A DNA stretch of 64,000 nt from the human T2T-CHM13v2.0 reference genome, Homo sapiens. A program made the translations under genes and the position numbers. Positions 1 through 16,146 of this stretch are shown here, one piece after another. The notes below the pieces were generated by a model that saw only the letters and a program-made list of their open reading frames with translations, was not told the DNA's origin and made no database searches. Location of the stretch: the NCBI RefSeq assembly GCF_009914755.1, contig NC_060931.1; one strand, given 5' to 3'. The number at the start of each line of letters is the position of its first letter. The stretch's first letter is position 1.

Positions 1-19
1 ACAGAGTGAGACTCTGTGT

Positions 20-56
<37 letters not shown>
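1..56 (+). mobile_element. Alu 3' end with long A-tail (truncated by window edge)
   Basis: ACAGAGTGAGACTCTGTGTC followed by about 36 A. Confidence 0.85.
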
Positions 57-59
<3 letters not shown>

Positions 60-963
60 GTCCAGAGGGTTTCAAAGCTCTTGTAGCTGTGGCATACTTT
101 GTTCAAGGAACCTTTAACATGAAACCTCAAAGAGAAAACAAAAGCCCCAGGATCCTCTCAGGCCTCCTCTCCTTCTCCAGCCCTCCACAGGGGCCCTCCC
201 AGCCTGTTGTCACTGCTCTATTCTTGTGGAATGAAGATCCACAAGGTGAGGCCATTGTTAGACTCCCAAAACCTTCAGTGAGCTTCATGAAGCAGATGGG
301 ATCTGAACCAGGACTCTGTCGTGGGGGATGAGGGGGGACAACTTCGGTCACATCAAGAAGAAAGGAATGAAACACAGGGAATGAGGTTGCTACAAAGTCA
401 CTGGAGGGGCCGGAGGAATGAGTCATGGGGTCGCTAGGCTAGATGATTGGCTTCAAGGTCACACCACAGCAGCTATGATGACGAAGTCAGGAAACTACCA
501 GACACTGAACTGCCTCCACTCTGGCTGCTGCCACAGTCACCCTATACCCAAGAAATTGTTAGAGACCAGCTGCTGCCAATAGTGCTTGCTCGTCAGGCAG
601 CACTGCTGCAGGAAGATGGCCTCTGCTTCTCTCTTTCTAATCTTTATGCAAGGGCATATCTCACTGCAGAATCTAAATCACGTCCAGAACCATAGTCTAG
701 GAGTCTGAGAGTCTAGCTGTCAGCCTTCCAGCTCCATGAGAGGAGACAGAACTAGGCGGATCTCAGTGGATCTGGCACAGAACAACTGGGGAAGAGGCAA
801 TGCTTGTGAAGAGCCTGAGCGAAAGTGGTGTCAAAGTAAACTGGAGGTAAATTCTGGAAGTGGAGAGCTTTAGTCCTGCTGTGAATCAACAAAAAACACC
901 AGCAGCCTTCAATGGATAAGTGGAAGGCAAAGAATCTCCTTCCATAGAAAAGTTAAATAATGA

Positions 964-1282
964 GGCCAGGTACGGTGGCTCACACCTGTAATCCTAGCAC
1001 TTTGGGAGGCCAAAATGGGAAGATCACTTGAGGCCATGAGTTCGAGACTAGCCTGGGAAACATAGCAAAACCTTGTTTCTACACTGAGAAAAATATTACC
1101 AGGCATAGTGGCAGGCACCTGTAATCTCAGCTACTTGAGAGGTTGAGGCAGGAAGATTCCTTGAGCCAGGAGTTTGAGGCTGCAGTGAGCTATGATCACG
1201 CCACTGCACTCCAGCCTGGGCGATGGAGCAAGACCGTGTCTCAAAAAAAAAAAAAAAAAAAAAAAAGGAAAGAAAAGAAAAA
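964..1282 (+). mobile_element. Alu, AluJ-like, full length
   Basis: GGCCAGGTACGGTGGCTCACACCTGTAATCC start, dimeric body, J-type GAGTTTGAGGCTGCAGTGAGCTATGATC, A-tail. Confidence 0.9.
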
Positions 1283-2115
1283 TTAAAGAATAGCTCAAGC
1301 CATCATTTTTAGGATCATTTAAGATGAAGTCTTTGATTTCTTTCCTATTTTTGTAACATAAGAAACTTATGTTCATTGTAAAAATACTAGAAAATGCATT
1401 CACTCAAAAAGAAAAATAAAAACCACCCATAATCCCACCATCCAGGGATAATCACAGTATTGGTGACTCTCTTTCCTTCCAGATATTCCAGGGTTATTTT
1501 ACTATGATATCATTGTTTTAAACTTTTTAAAAATTATGAACAATGTCATCCAGTGGCATTATCAATATTAACAGCCACATTGTTGACAGCATTCTGTTAT
1601 AGAGCTGTCTCATACTTTAATAAAATATTTGAAGTCCCCATTTTGTTGGAAATGCTAATATGTTAGATTAACAGTGATGGAATGGATAGAAAAGGCAATA
1701 TTGCAGAGGAGGTTTGAATTGGGAGGTGCTTAAAGCTAAAGTATTAATGACATGGGAGGATGCAGGAAAACTCACAATCCGTTGAAGCTAGAAGGAACTT
1801 AGAGGTCATCCTCGTCCACTTTCCTCATTGAAGGGATGAGGGTAACTGCAGCCACATCACACTCTCTTTATCCCAACCTCTCCAGTCCTCATTCTTCGTA
1901 TTTCTTTATTCTGTCCTCAGCCATGTGTGTGATTCTTATTAAAACTCCAATCTAAACAGCAACTCACAGAAAATATGACTTAAAGAATAAGAACAACAAA
2001 AAATCCAAGTTGTAATAATTCCATTCCATTCACTCCTTTCACCTAGCATTTATTGAGAGACCATTCTGTGGCTGATACAGTGTTATGAAGGAGGGGTTTA
2101 AAAATCCAACACAGA

Positions 2116-2415
2116 GCCTAGCACGGTGGCTCACGCCTGTAATCCCAGCACGTTGGGAGGCTGAGGCAGGCGGATCACAAGGTCAGGAGATCAAGATCAT
2201 CCTGGCTAACATGGTGAAACTCCGTCTCTACTAAAAAAAAAATACAAAAAATTAACTGGGCATGGTCCGGGCACCTGTGGTCCCAGCTACTCGGGAGGCT
2301 GAGGCAGGAGAATGGCGTGAATCCGGAGGTGGAGCTTGCAGTGAGCCGAGATTGCACCACTGCACTCCAGCCTGGGCGACAGAGCAAGACTCCGTCTCAA
2401 AAAAAAAAAAAAAGA
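2116..2415 (+). mobile_element. AluY-like element
   Basis: Y-type GGCGTGAA..GGAGCTTGCAGTGAGCCGAG; TSD AAAAATCCAACACAGA at 2100-2115 and 2416-2431. Confidence 0.9.
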
Positions 2416-2700
2416 AAAAATCCAACACAGATCCAACCCTCCACACACTCACTATCTTACAAAGGAGATGAGAAGAAGTCTTTCAGTCACATTGAGGCAC
2501 ATGCTTTTCCTATATGTGGGAATGGCCCTGGGACCCAGACAATTTCTTCCACAATTTTTTCCTTCTTGGGTTTTGGTTGTAAAAAAGCAGGAAAGTGAGA
2601 AAGGAGGGTGTATGTGGTTTTATGTCTTCCAGTACAAGAACATTTAAGACATGATCTCTAATATTTTTCTTGTCTAGACATCCCCATCTTTTTATTTTTT

Positions 2701-5285
<2,585 letters not shown>

Positions 5286-6725
5286 TCATTATCAGAGGAA
5301 TGCTTGGCTTTTAAATGGTGTTAACACTGAAATCCTCTTCTCTTCTCTTTTCCTAGTTAGGATTTCCTCATCTTGATCCTCTCTCCTCACATATTGATCA
5401 CACATTGCATGCTTCAAAGTGTTCACTGAATCATTCTACTTTTTCCAAGAGAATAGCTAACTCTTGACATGCTGCAGGTTTCCAATTACACTTCCTTTGC
5501 CTTAAAAAATGTCTTGAAAGAGTAAATCTGTCCATAAAGAAACCACTCGGACCAAAAAGCCTTTGTACACATTCTCCCAAATGGAGCTGGACTGTAAGCA
5601 GGGAAGATGTAGCAATAGCATCCACACACTGTCTGGGGTTCCTGGACCCATTTATCAACTGGTCCCATTTGAATGGAAACAAAGCCTCCACCCGTCACTC
5701 CCTCTCACTTGACTTGCACTTTCTGAGGTCTCAGCCACATGCATCTGAAGCTGTCTGGGGATTATCCATTCTACAAATGGTTTCAGATCTGGTCATTTTA
5801 CTCTGTTGTTCTTGTATTCCTTCTGTTTGACAATCTGTAGCTTTTAATTTGGGGGACAGAGTAATAGCTCTTAAGCAGATGGTTGTCATTGGTCCCCAGG
5901 GGTGTACTTGGGGAGGAAGATTGGATGGGATTCTCACCAAGGTTCTAGGATTCTGTGACTCACTCGGCTTGATTCCAGGCCAGAAGTGAGGTTGCTGATT
6001 GCTTCTAACCTGTTCTTCGGCAAGTAGTAAATGTCAATTGATCTTTCTTCATGTGGTGGGGATGATATCCATATAAGAGAACATGAAAAACTGTACATGT
6101 TAAAATGCATTCACAGCAGCCAAACCCATGCGTGCTTAGAATTAAGTTGTTGCATCCAGTCCATTTGTCATTCTTTTTATGTCCAAGTTTTAGTAACAGA
6201 ATGTTTTCAAATAGTTTACATTTCTCTTGGGACATCTTCCCTAACCAAATGTCATACTAGTGTTAGGCTGGCGTTATTTGGATTGCTCAATTCTTATTGT
6301 TTCCAACAACATTTAGGCCATTTCTGCAAGCAGAATTCTGCATTGAAGATAATGGGCTTTTTCATGCATGTCCATAAGGAGAAAAATTATTAGATCAGTG
6401 GGAATTTTAGAGTACATTATTGAATTCTTGGACATTAAAAATTTCAGTTACTTGGAACACACACATGACAGAAACAAACTGCAACTGACACTCAAAAGCA
6501 CATCTGATGAAAATATTAAGGTTGATGTTTTTCTTAATATTATCTTATGTAATATCTAGTGTTCTCTAAGGAAATTATATTTATTAGGCCTTTCTTTTTT
6601 CTTCTAAACTCTTTTACTGTACTCCAAAATATCTTTATTTTCTGGTTATGAAGTAGTAGATCTTCACTGTAGAAAATTTGAAAACATATGGAAAAGTATA
6701 AAGACAATTTTTAAAGTACCTATGA

Positions 6726-7038
<313 letters not shown>

Positions 7039-7906
7039 AGGGTCTTTATTTTTAAAAAGATAGTCAACAGTGAACATTATTTGAAATCTTATTAAATGTT
7101 AAATACTTTTTTCTGAATTAAAGATTTCCTGATTTAAACCCTGATTCATTCTTCTGCTAAGGATCTTGCTCTAGTGTCAAAGCTCCCTGATGCCACACTT
7201 CAAATGAAGCTTAGTTCTAGAATGACTCCTTTTTTAGATAAGTGGACAATAAGTTATGGGCAAAGGTTTAGCCTGGTTCATCTCACTGGGGTCTTGGTGA
7301 AACCACTATTTCCTTTTTAATGTAATATTCTGTGAATAAAATCAAGATTAGAACAATGCTTGCAATTAAAGGGATTACTCAGTACTAATAAGATAATTAG
7401 AAAATGAAGTATCAGCCCCAGCTGCAAGGAAGTATGGGGATGTGAGTATTTTGAGTAGGACACATTGCTGCTCTAGGTAAAATGATGTTTCTGAAATGGA
7501 AGGTGAAAAGAGAGTAATAACTAGTAGGCTGCTAGCTGTGCCTGCCACAGAGATACTCACAGAGCCACTCAGAACAATTCTGGGACACTAACCTAAGACT
7601 TCTAGCCACACATCCCATGAGTTTTGAGCTACAGAGAAGTTATTATGCCCACCTTTCCAGATAAGCCTGAAACCAAGTCAATAAGACAGTTCTGTTTTAG
7701 AATTGTTCAACACAGGTAGTGAAAGATAAAGTAATAGCTTCACAGAGCACATGGAATTTTACTGAACCAAATCATGTGGATGTATTTCTGGCTGAATTTA
7801 CCTTCTATCTTCAGTAGGCTTTTAAAAGCCAAGTCTCTGGAAGCAAATTCTTTCCAGATACAACTATCCTAAGATAGTTGCATCCATGTCAAGAAATGTT
7901 TGTTCT

Positions 7907-8027
7907 GTGACGGGTGTGATGGCTCACACCTGTAATCCCAGCACTTTGGCAAAAGGATCGCTTGAGCCCAGGAGTTCAAAACTAGCCCAGGCAACGTAGC
8001 AAGACCTCATCTGTACAAAAAAAAATT
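7907..8027 (+). mobile_element. Alu left monomer (FLAM/AluJ-like)
   Basis: CGGGTGTGATGGCTCACACCTGTAATCCCAGCACTTTGG...CTGTAC plus A-tail; TSD AGAAATGTTTGTTCT at 7892-7906 recurs only at 9579-9593. Confidence 0.8.
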
Positions 8028-8037
8028 TAAAAACTAG

Positions 8038-9570
8038 GCAGCTTGAGTGGCCAAGGCAAGATGGGTCAAAGTCAAGAGTGGTGGTCATGGTCTTGGAGCT
8101 GGAAAGAAGGATGATAGGACAAGAAAAAGAAATATGAACCTCCTATACCAGCTAGAGTGAGGAAGAAGAAGAAAACAAAGGGACCAGATGCTGCCAGCAA
8201 ACTGCCACTGATGACACCTCACACTCTGTGCCAGTTAAAATTATTGAAAGTTAGAGATAATTAAATACTGTCTTCTCATGAAGGAAGAATTCATTAGAAA
8301 TCAGGAACAAATGAAACTATTAGAAGGAAAGCAAGAGGAGGAAAGATCAAAAGTGGATGATCTGAGGGGACCCTGATGTCAGTAGTAACCTTGGAAGAGA
8401 TTATTGATGACAATCATGCCATCATGTCTACATCTGCGGGCTCAGAGCATTCTTGTAGACAAGGATCTGCTGGAACCTGGCTGCTCGGTCCTGCTCAACC
8501 ACAAGGTTCGTGCTGTGATATGGGTGCTGATGGATGACACGGATACCCTAGTCACAATGATGAAGGTGGAAAAGACCCCCCAGGAGACCTGTGTTGATAC
8601 TGGGGGGTTGGACAGCCAAATTCAGGAAATTAAGGAAATCATTCTGAATATTATGAAGAGATGGGTATAAAGCCCCCTAAGGGAGTCATTCACTATGGTC
8701 CACCTGGCACAGGTAAAACCTTGTTAGCCAAAGCAGTAGCAAACCACATCTTAGCCACTTTCTTGCAAGTGATCAGCTCTGAATTTATTCAGAAATACCT
8801 ACATGATGGGCCCAAACTCATATGGGAATTGTTTCTAGTTGCTGAAGAACATGCACCTTCCATCCTGTTTATTGATGAAATTGATGCTATTAGGACAAAA
8901 AGATGTGACTCAAATTCTGATAGTGAGAGAGAAATTCAGCAAATAATGCTGGAAATGTTGAACCAGTTGGATGGATTTGATTCAAGGGGAGATGTGAAAG
9001 TTATCATATCCACAAGCCGAATAGAAACTTTGGATCTAGCACTTATCAGACCAGGCTACACTGACAGGAAGCTCAAGTTCCCCCTGCCTGATGAAAAGAC
9101 TAAGAAGCACATCTTTCAGATGCACACAAGCAGCATGACACTGGCCAATGATGTAACCCTGGAACGACTTGACACTTGACATCAAGGCAATCTGCACAGA
9201 AGCTAGTCTGATGGCCTTAAAAGAACATGGAATGAAAGTAACAAATGAAAACTTCAAAAAATCTCAAGAAAATGTTCTTTATAAAGAACAGGAAGACACC
9301 CCCAAGGGGCTCTGTCTCTAGTGAACCACAGTTGCCATCAGGAAAATGGCTGGGAGATTTCCCAAGCCCTCAAAGGGATGAGGTTGGGGGAGTTGCCCAG
9401 AGGAATTCGTGTTCCAGTTTATTTTTATTAGCAACACTTCCTGTGAGTCTTTTGGAGTATGATGTGTAAGACATCCATTGGGCCGCCTTCGCCTGTCGGT
9501 CACTGTGCAACACTCTGCTTCCCAATAAAGTGTGCTTTTTCTTTCTCTCTCTCTACACACACACACGAAC
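8038..9570 (+). pseudogene. PSMC1P2: PSMC1 (26S proteasome AAA-ATPase Rpt2) processed pseudogene, disrupted
   Basis: ATG at 8061 (MGQSQ..); Walker A GPPGTGKT and Walker B FIDEID inside ORF 8661-9179; parental stop TAG 9319-9321; AATAAA 9524-9529; intronless, with frameshifts and deletions. The P2 number is from memory. Confidence 0.92.
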
Positions 9571-11180
9571 TAAAAACCAGAAATGTTTGTTCTAGAACCA
9601 GTAGTTTTTCATATAATCAATTGCTAAGCTGAAAAATATGCCCTGCCTAACAAACATCAGGTAGGAAAAAATAAACCTATTTATTTAATTCAACAGATTT
9701 TTGTTTTGATGTGACTTAGTACCGTAGGTTTGTGTATAGCAATGACTTTAATCTTCTAAGACATCATTGATGTAATGCACTTCAAATATGTGTTGATGCC
9801 AAAATTATCTATAAATCTAAATTTCTATGAGTTTTTCTTAGGCTTTTATCTTCCCATTCCAATTTGAAAGTAAAGGCATTCTCTGGCTAATATTCACAAC
9901 CTTAACCCAACTCTAGGTTGAAGAACTTGTTAATTCTTCATAACTTTCCCATTCTTCACCTTCTGTCTCCATTTATCACAGCCATCCACTCACACTAGCC
10001 TATGGATTGGGTGAAGTTTAGAAGCATAAAGGAGATATTATTTGGAACAAGGTGTTGTTTTATTGCAGTCCTACCCTTTCCTGCTCTTTTCTTCAAGTGA
10101 GTGACTAATTCCTCGGAATTTCTAAGATTTGGGTTTAAAACTACACTGTCTCTAGGCTGTACCTATTATTGAATGAGATAACTACCCTTGCAGAGGTGCA
10201 TAGATATGTTTTGATGGTAAAGCACATTCATTTGCAACCACTGCTGCACAGAATGAAGGAAATGCAACTGCTATCCTCCTGGGAGAAGCCACTTAGGCAA
10301 GAAAATAAAGAAGAGGATTTTGATTATATTTGGAACTCTTAAGCTTGTGCTCAGGGAGGCTCCGTCTTTAAACTCTTGTCGTTTCATGTTTACACAAAAA
10401 TTATAATGGAAAAAGTAGGCTCATAGTTCTCTGTGCAAGCATGGCACGTTTTAAAAATGTATCCATGTTTTATTGGGATAATACCAGCCACAATTTGCAC
10501 ATGTTATTGCATCTTATTGTATGAGACAACAAATGAAAAGGGCTCAGCATGGTCTCTGGCACGGTGTGGACCAGGAGAAGTGTCCTTTTTCTTCCATTCT
10601 CCCTCTTTTGCATGTATCTTATTGTCCCTACTTCTTGTTAAAGTTATTCTGAAGAGAATGCAGAATTCCAGGTATCTGAGCCAGATACAGCTGTCAGAGC
10701 CAACGAACGTAGTACTCTGCCATTGGACAAATTCTCCTACTTCTCACTATTTTCTGTGCACATCATGTCTCTTCATTGGTGAGTGCAAAGAATCCATGTT
10801 CACACTGCCTGCCTCTTCCCCTACCTGCCACAATTAATTCAGCAAACAGAGTATCAGTCTAGTTGGGGGAGAGATGTGCACATGGATAATAACAATATGA
10901 TTATTACTAAATAACATTATTTAATAATAATACTGTGTACCAGACACCAGGTGCAAATACTATAGTAACTGTTACTACTATATTTATTGAGCACTTATAT
11001 GCCAAACATTGTGCTAAATGTTTTTACACATGGCAGAGAATTATTCACTAAATGGGCCCAAAGAAGTAGGCTTTAATCTAGAAACTTCTTAATTTATCTC
11101 CTTTAAACACAGTCTATCAGAAATTGGACAATATTAGTTGCCTATCTCTCCCGGTCACTTTCAGTTATTAAAACAGTCCT

Positions 11181-11340
11181 GGCCAGGCTTTGTGGCTCAT
11201 GCCTGTAATCCCAGCACTTTGGGAGGCTGAGGCATGAGGATTACTTGAACCCAGGAGTTTGAGGCTGCAGTGAGCTAAGATCATGCTACTGCACTCCAGC
11301 CTGGATGACAGAATGATACCCAGCCTCTACAAATAAAAAT
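11181..11340 (+). mobile_element. Alu monomer (FRAM-like or internally deleted AluJ)
   Basis: Single ~150-bp arm; TSD AAAACAGTCCT at 11170-11180 and 11341-11351. Confidence 0.8.
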
Positions 11341-11740
11341 AAAACAGTCCTAATCACAGACATGTTAAGGTCCAATTCATCCTAAAACAAAACTTCAGAC
11401 TCGTATCCAGTTTAGTTCTGCCTGAGTCCCTGACGGCTTCCTAGTTGCCATCTGTAATCCCCATGAAGACCAGCTGCACCTGACTTCCATGAGCCACTCC
11501 TATACCTGTTTAATAGTCTCCTGTCTTTATTTGAGCAAGCTGGCAACCTTACAACCCACTAGTCAATCCCTGACTAGAAGAAGATGGACAGTACATTCTC
11601 AGCAGAGATTTTGAAAAAAAGACACTTTGGCTATTGCCACCTCCACCCTGGCCACCACCCTGTAATTCTGTCAGGAATCAGCTGCCTTTCTCTGCCTTTC
11701 CACCTTGATCAGTTCATGTGTTGTGGTTTCGTGATTTTTA

Positions 11741-12052
<312 letters not shown>

Positions 12053-12479
12053 TTAATATGTAATCCCTATGAAGGGCGGTGAAGCTCTAGCCTCCTCTTG
12101 GAAAGTCTACTAGGGCCATGCTTGCTGAATCCCTTTGTGAATCCGGAGGGATGTTTCTTGTTCCACTCTTTCAAATACAGAGTTCCTTTCCCCCCATGTC
12201 TCCATTTGGAAGTTCAGTCAAAACCTAAGACAACAGGATATGTCCCCCTGTACATTGTGTTACGTAAACATCGGATATAATCCTCACAACAGCCTTCTGA
12301 GGCAGAGAATAAGATCCTTGCTTTATAAATGAGGAAGTGTAGGGAGACTAAATATCTTGTTCTAGATCACATATTTAGTGATGCTAATACAGGATTAAAA
12401 CCCAGGAGGCCGGTCTGATTCTGAAGCCTATCCTTTCCACCACATCCTGGCGGAGAAGAAGGCAAAAAAAAGTTGCAAA

Positions 12480-12564
12480 AGGTTGGTGCAAAAGTAATTG
12501 TGGTTTTTGCAATTACTTTTTTAAAAAAATGACCAAAACTGTCATTACTTTTACACCTACTTAA
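12480..12564. mobile_element. MADE1 (Hsmar1-derived palindromic MITE)
   Basis: AGGTTGGTGCAAAAGTAATTG...CATTACTTTTACACCTACTTAA matches the recalled MADE1 inverted repeats. Confidence 0.85.
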
Positions 12565-12942
12565 TAGCTTAGTGTGAGCAGGGTCCTCGGGGGCAACCGG
12601 CAATGTCTGTGCTCTGTGGACAGGGTGCTCCTGGCCAGCTGGCATGGAGGGAGTCCATGGGGGATGGTAGGAGACGGTTCTGCAGAGGTAAGGTCTGGCC
12701 AGACCATGGAGGGCCTTGGATGTGGGAGGTGCATGTAAAAATGGGGGGGAAGTTGGACTCTGCCACGGGTAACTGGGGGTCATTCAAGTTTTGAGCAAGT
12801 AAAGGACTCCTTCATCTCTGCTTCAGAGATTGTCCAGGTGGCCAGGGGGAAGCAAGTAGGAGGGGAGCAAGGTTGCAAGTGGAAGCGGATTGCAGATCCT
12901 GAGTGGATGCAGTAAGAGTCCAAGCAGGCAGTGAGGCAGTGC

Positions 12943-13074
12943 AGGGATAGGGATAGGGATGGGGATGGGGATGGGGATGGGGATGGGGATGGGGATGGGG
13001 ATGGGGATGGGGATGGGGATGGGGATGGGGATGGGGATGGGGATGGGGATGGGGATGGGGATGGGGATAGGGAT
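12943..13074 (+). repeat. Hexanucleotide microsatellite (AGGGAT)3(GGGGAT)18(AGGGAT)
   Basis: Read directly; perfect GGGGAT units at 12961-13068. Confidence 0.97.
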
Positions 13075-14859
13075 GGAAGGACTGGGCTAGGAGAAAAACC
13101 AGTGGCCTGCAGTGACCACTAGTTCTTCCCAGACACAGACAAAATTGAGGCAGGAACAGGAAATGAGTGTGGGTGCTAATAGTGCGGGTGCCCCAGATAA
13201 AACAGTCCTAAGGGCATCTTCAGCGAACCCAGCCCAGCTGGCACACAGGACGACAGAGAGGTTCTGAGGTCTGCAAAGGTGAGTTCAGTACTCAGCCAAA
13301 TGCATTCCTGCAGCATTAGATGGCCACAGCCCCCGACATGTGTTTTTAATGGATTCCCAGGCTGCTAACAGTTAACATTGTTAATGACCTGCGGAGAGTT
13401 CAGATCCCTGGATAAGGACTACCTGCAAATCTTGGTTATTACTTTTAAAGTATGCAAAGTGAACCTGAGCTGGTTCTTTTCTTCTTCCTTTAAAAAATGT
13501 AGATTCTAGAGTCTTAAGGGTGTGGGGTGGTGTGTGTGTGTAGTCATGTCTATATCATCTCTCGCATTGACAGACCACTTTCTCTGCCTGAGTCAGGTCA
13601 CCTTGCTTAGGCTGAGAAACTTCATGTCAAGCATGAAGCTTTTCACTCTAAATCAGTTTTTACTTCTAAATTAGTTCCACAAAACAGCATCCATTAATCA
13701 ATACCCTGTTCAATCATGAAGCCTTTTAAGCTGGAAGAGGTTGAGTGCAAGGGTGTGACGTGGGCTTCCAGATCTGCACCCCTAATCCCTGGAGGCCCTT
13801 CATCCTCTGCCCTTTCTTGCCCTTGTAGCCTCATCTCTTCCCTCTCAAGGGCTCCCTGTTTCTCAGCCTTTTACCCAACATGCTTCTTCACACTCTAGGG
13901 CCATGGCACGTTTTGTTCTTTCTGCCTGTGCCCTTCAAGTGCAGCACCATGTGCTCCATCCTTTCCTCACCCAGCCCCAGCTCACCTTTAATGCTTGGTG
14001 CGGGTGACACTTCTTCCAGGAAGCTCTCCCTCACCTGCTGCTCTGTGTTTTCATCTTCTGTGTTCACACAGTTTTGTCGCAACACTTTCACACTATATTT
14101 AAAAAGTATATTTCCCTTGATTATAAAAGTCACTCACACTTGTAGAAAATGTGGGAAATAAAAAAACTTAAAGAAAAAAATGCATATAAATTGACTACTT
14201 GGGGGTTATAAGCACTGTTAACATTTTGATGAATTTCTTTCCAGTATTTTTTCCATCTATATATTTGTAAAACTTTCATACTCAGAAAAGAAAAAAAATA
14301 AGTGCTGTAAAAAGACAAGGGGAACTTTGACTGAGAAAAAGTTCAGTGCATTTATTGTTTCTAGGTGACTGGCAACTTAAAAAATTGCTTAGTTTAAAAA
14401 TCAAATTACAAGGGATTTTTTGGCACCAGCATAACAAAAGTGTGTGCTGGAAGATGAGTGCTTACACAAACAGTTGGTGTCCTCTTTTTTTATTTAGCAT
14501 TTGTCATGCCCTAAGACTTCTTTGAAAATGTGTTTTTACTCCATAACCCTCTGTTTTCTGATTCTCATTATATTGCCCCGTTTGTTTACCTTTTGGTAGC
14601 CACTATTGGACTATAAGCTTCTTTCTTTCAGGCAGGGCCTGTGATCTTACTGTTTTTTAATTCAATCCCTAACCCATTCTGATGGAGTGGGAGTAGGCAT
14701 GTAACAAACAGAACGCATTACCTGAGATTACCAAAAGATTACCTGAGTCTTCCTGAATTGCTTACTTACTCAACCCCTATTTGTTCTCTACGCTGAGGTG
14801 TGTCGAGACTGTACCAGCATCCACAGGTCTGGTGGGTGCCACAGGCCTGCACCACCCAC

Positions 14860-15268
14860 ATGCCCCTTAAGGGATGAAGGGCCACTCTACAGCTGCAGGG
14901 ACTGCTGCCAGCAGGAAGCCCTCAGAGATTGCCTTGCCCAATGAGGAGCCGCTTCATCCAAGGTCACCCCCTTTCCCGGGGTGGCCTGCTGCATCCAATG
15001 ACTGGTCCATGGAGGTATAACGTCCTGGCCCGTGTTCCCCAACTGGGACAACTCTGAAAAGTTCTGCTTCAGAACTCTCCTTAGCATCTACCAAGGTTGC
15101 CATTGAGACCACACCACAGCTGGACTCCTCCCACTGCCCGATCCTGCTTCCCTCTCCTCCCTTCCCTTGGGTGTCATCCCAAGAGCACCGCCCCCCCCCC
15201 CGACAAAGCTCCTGCAAATTCATCTTTGCCTCAGAGCCTGCTTCCTGGGTAGCCCAGCCTGCAACAGT
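14860..15268 (+). mobile_element. Old ERVL-class solo LTR (LTR16-like)
   Basis: Motifs CCCTCAGAGATTGCC, CATCCAATGACTG and CAACTGGGACAACTCTGA; similar to 41570-42010. Confidence 0.55.
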
Positions 15269-15889
15269 AGGCATCTAAACAATGCCCAGACACACCCCTA
15301 ACTTGAAGTGACTTACAAGCCAGCCGTGTCATGTGCTTCCAGGTTGTAGATTGTTAGTTCCTTGAACAGTGACCATGTCTTATCCCTTTCACAGTGCTGG
15401 GCCTCACTACAGTCCCTGGAGCACAGAACATGGCCAAGCACGTCCCATGTCGAGAGGGTAACATCGAATGGGGAGGGAATAAGAGAAGAGTTCCCAGGGA
15501 GCATCAGCTGGGTGCTAATGGCTGTTGGGATACAAGGCGAGAATGACGAACAGGTGGTTTCTGAGTCTCAAGCCTGAGAGACTGAGAGAAGAGTGACTGC
15601 TGGAGTGAGAAGTTAATATTGTGGAAAATTGGTTTGATATTAGATTGGTGTGAAAGTGTTACACTTGAAGCACCAAAATCTTCTAGGGGAACTGTCCTGT
15701 AGGTGGTAGTTGAGGCAGAACCAGGTCTTGTGTACAGAACGATTTAGAAATAACGTTGAGGCACTATGGATTCCCACAGGGGTAGTATTAGAAGCTGTGA
15801 GAATAAGGACAGGTTCAGAGGGTTTCTGTTTGTTTTTCTTTTCTTTTCTTTTTAAGTTTAGACATAGCAGAGAAGAAAATCCACCGAAT

Positions 15890-16146
15890 GATAGCTGGAC
15901 TTGAAGTGCAACATCAGCTCTTCCCTGGATCTCCAGCCTGCTGGGCTACTCTGCAGGTTTTGGACTTGCCAGCCTTCGTGAGCCAATTCCTTATAATCTC
16001 TCTCACTCTCTCCATAGGCATATACATAACAAGAATGACAAATAGATGGTTTCCAAGTTTCATACATATGTGGAGAGAGAGAGAGATAACCAATAGAGTG
16101 TGTGTGTGTGTGTATGTGTGTGTTTCTCCAGAGAGTCCTGACCAAT
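15890..16146 (+). mobile_element. MLT2-like LTR 3' part with internal (GA)n/(TG)n
   Basis: TTTTGGACTTGCCAGCCTTCGTGAGCCAATTCCTTATAATCTCTC...TTTCTCCAGAGAGTCCTGACCAATA. Confidence 0.6.

Noticed and set aside
8661-9179. 172-aa AAA ATPase ORF as a functional gene
   Set aside because: It is a fragment of a frameshifted, deleted PSMC1 retrocopy.
12931-13122. 63-aa poly(GD) ORF
   Set aside because: It is the translation of the GGGGAT microsatellite and starts at GTG; there is no gene evidence.
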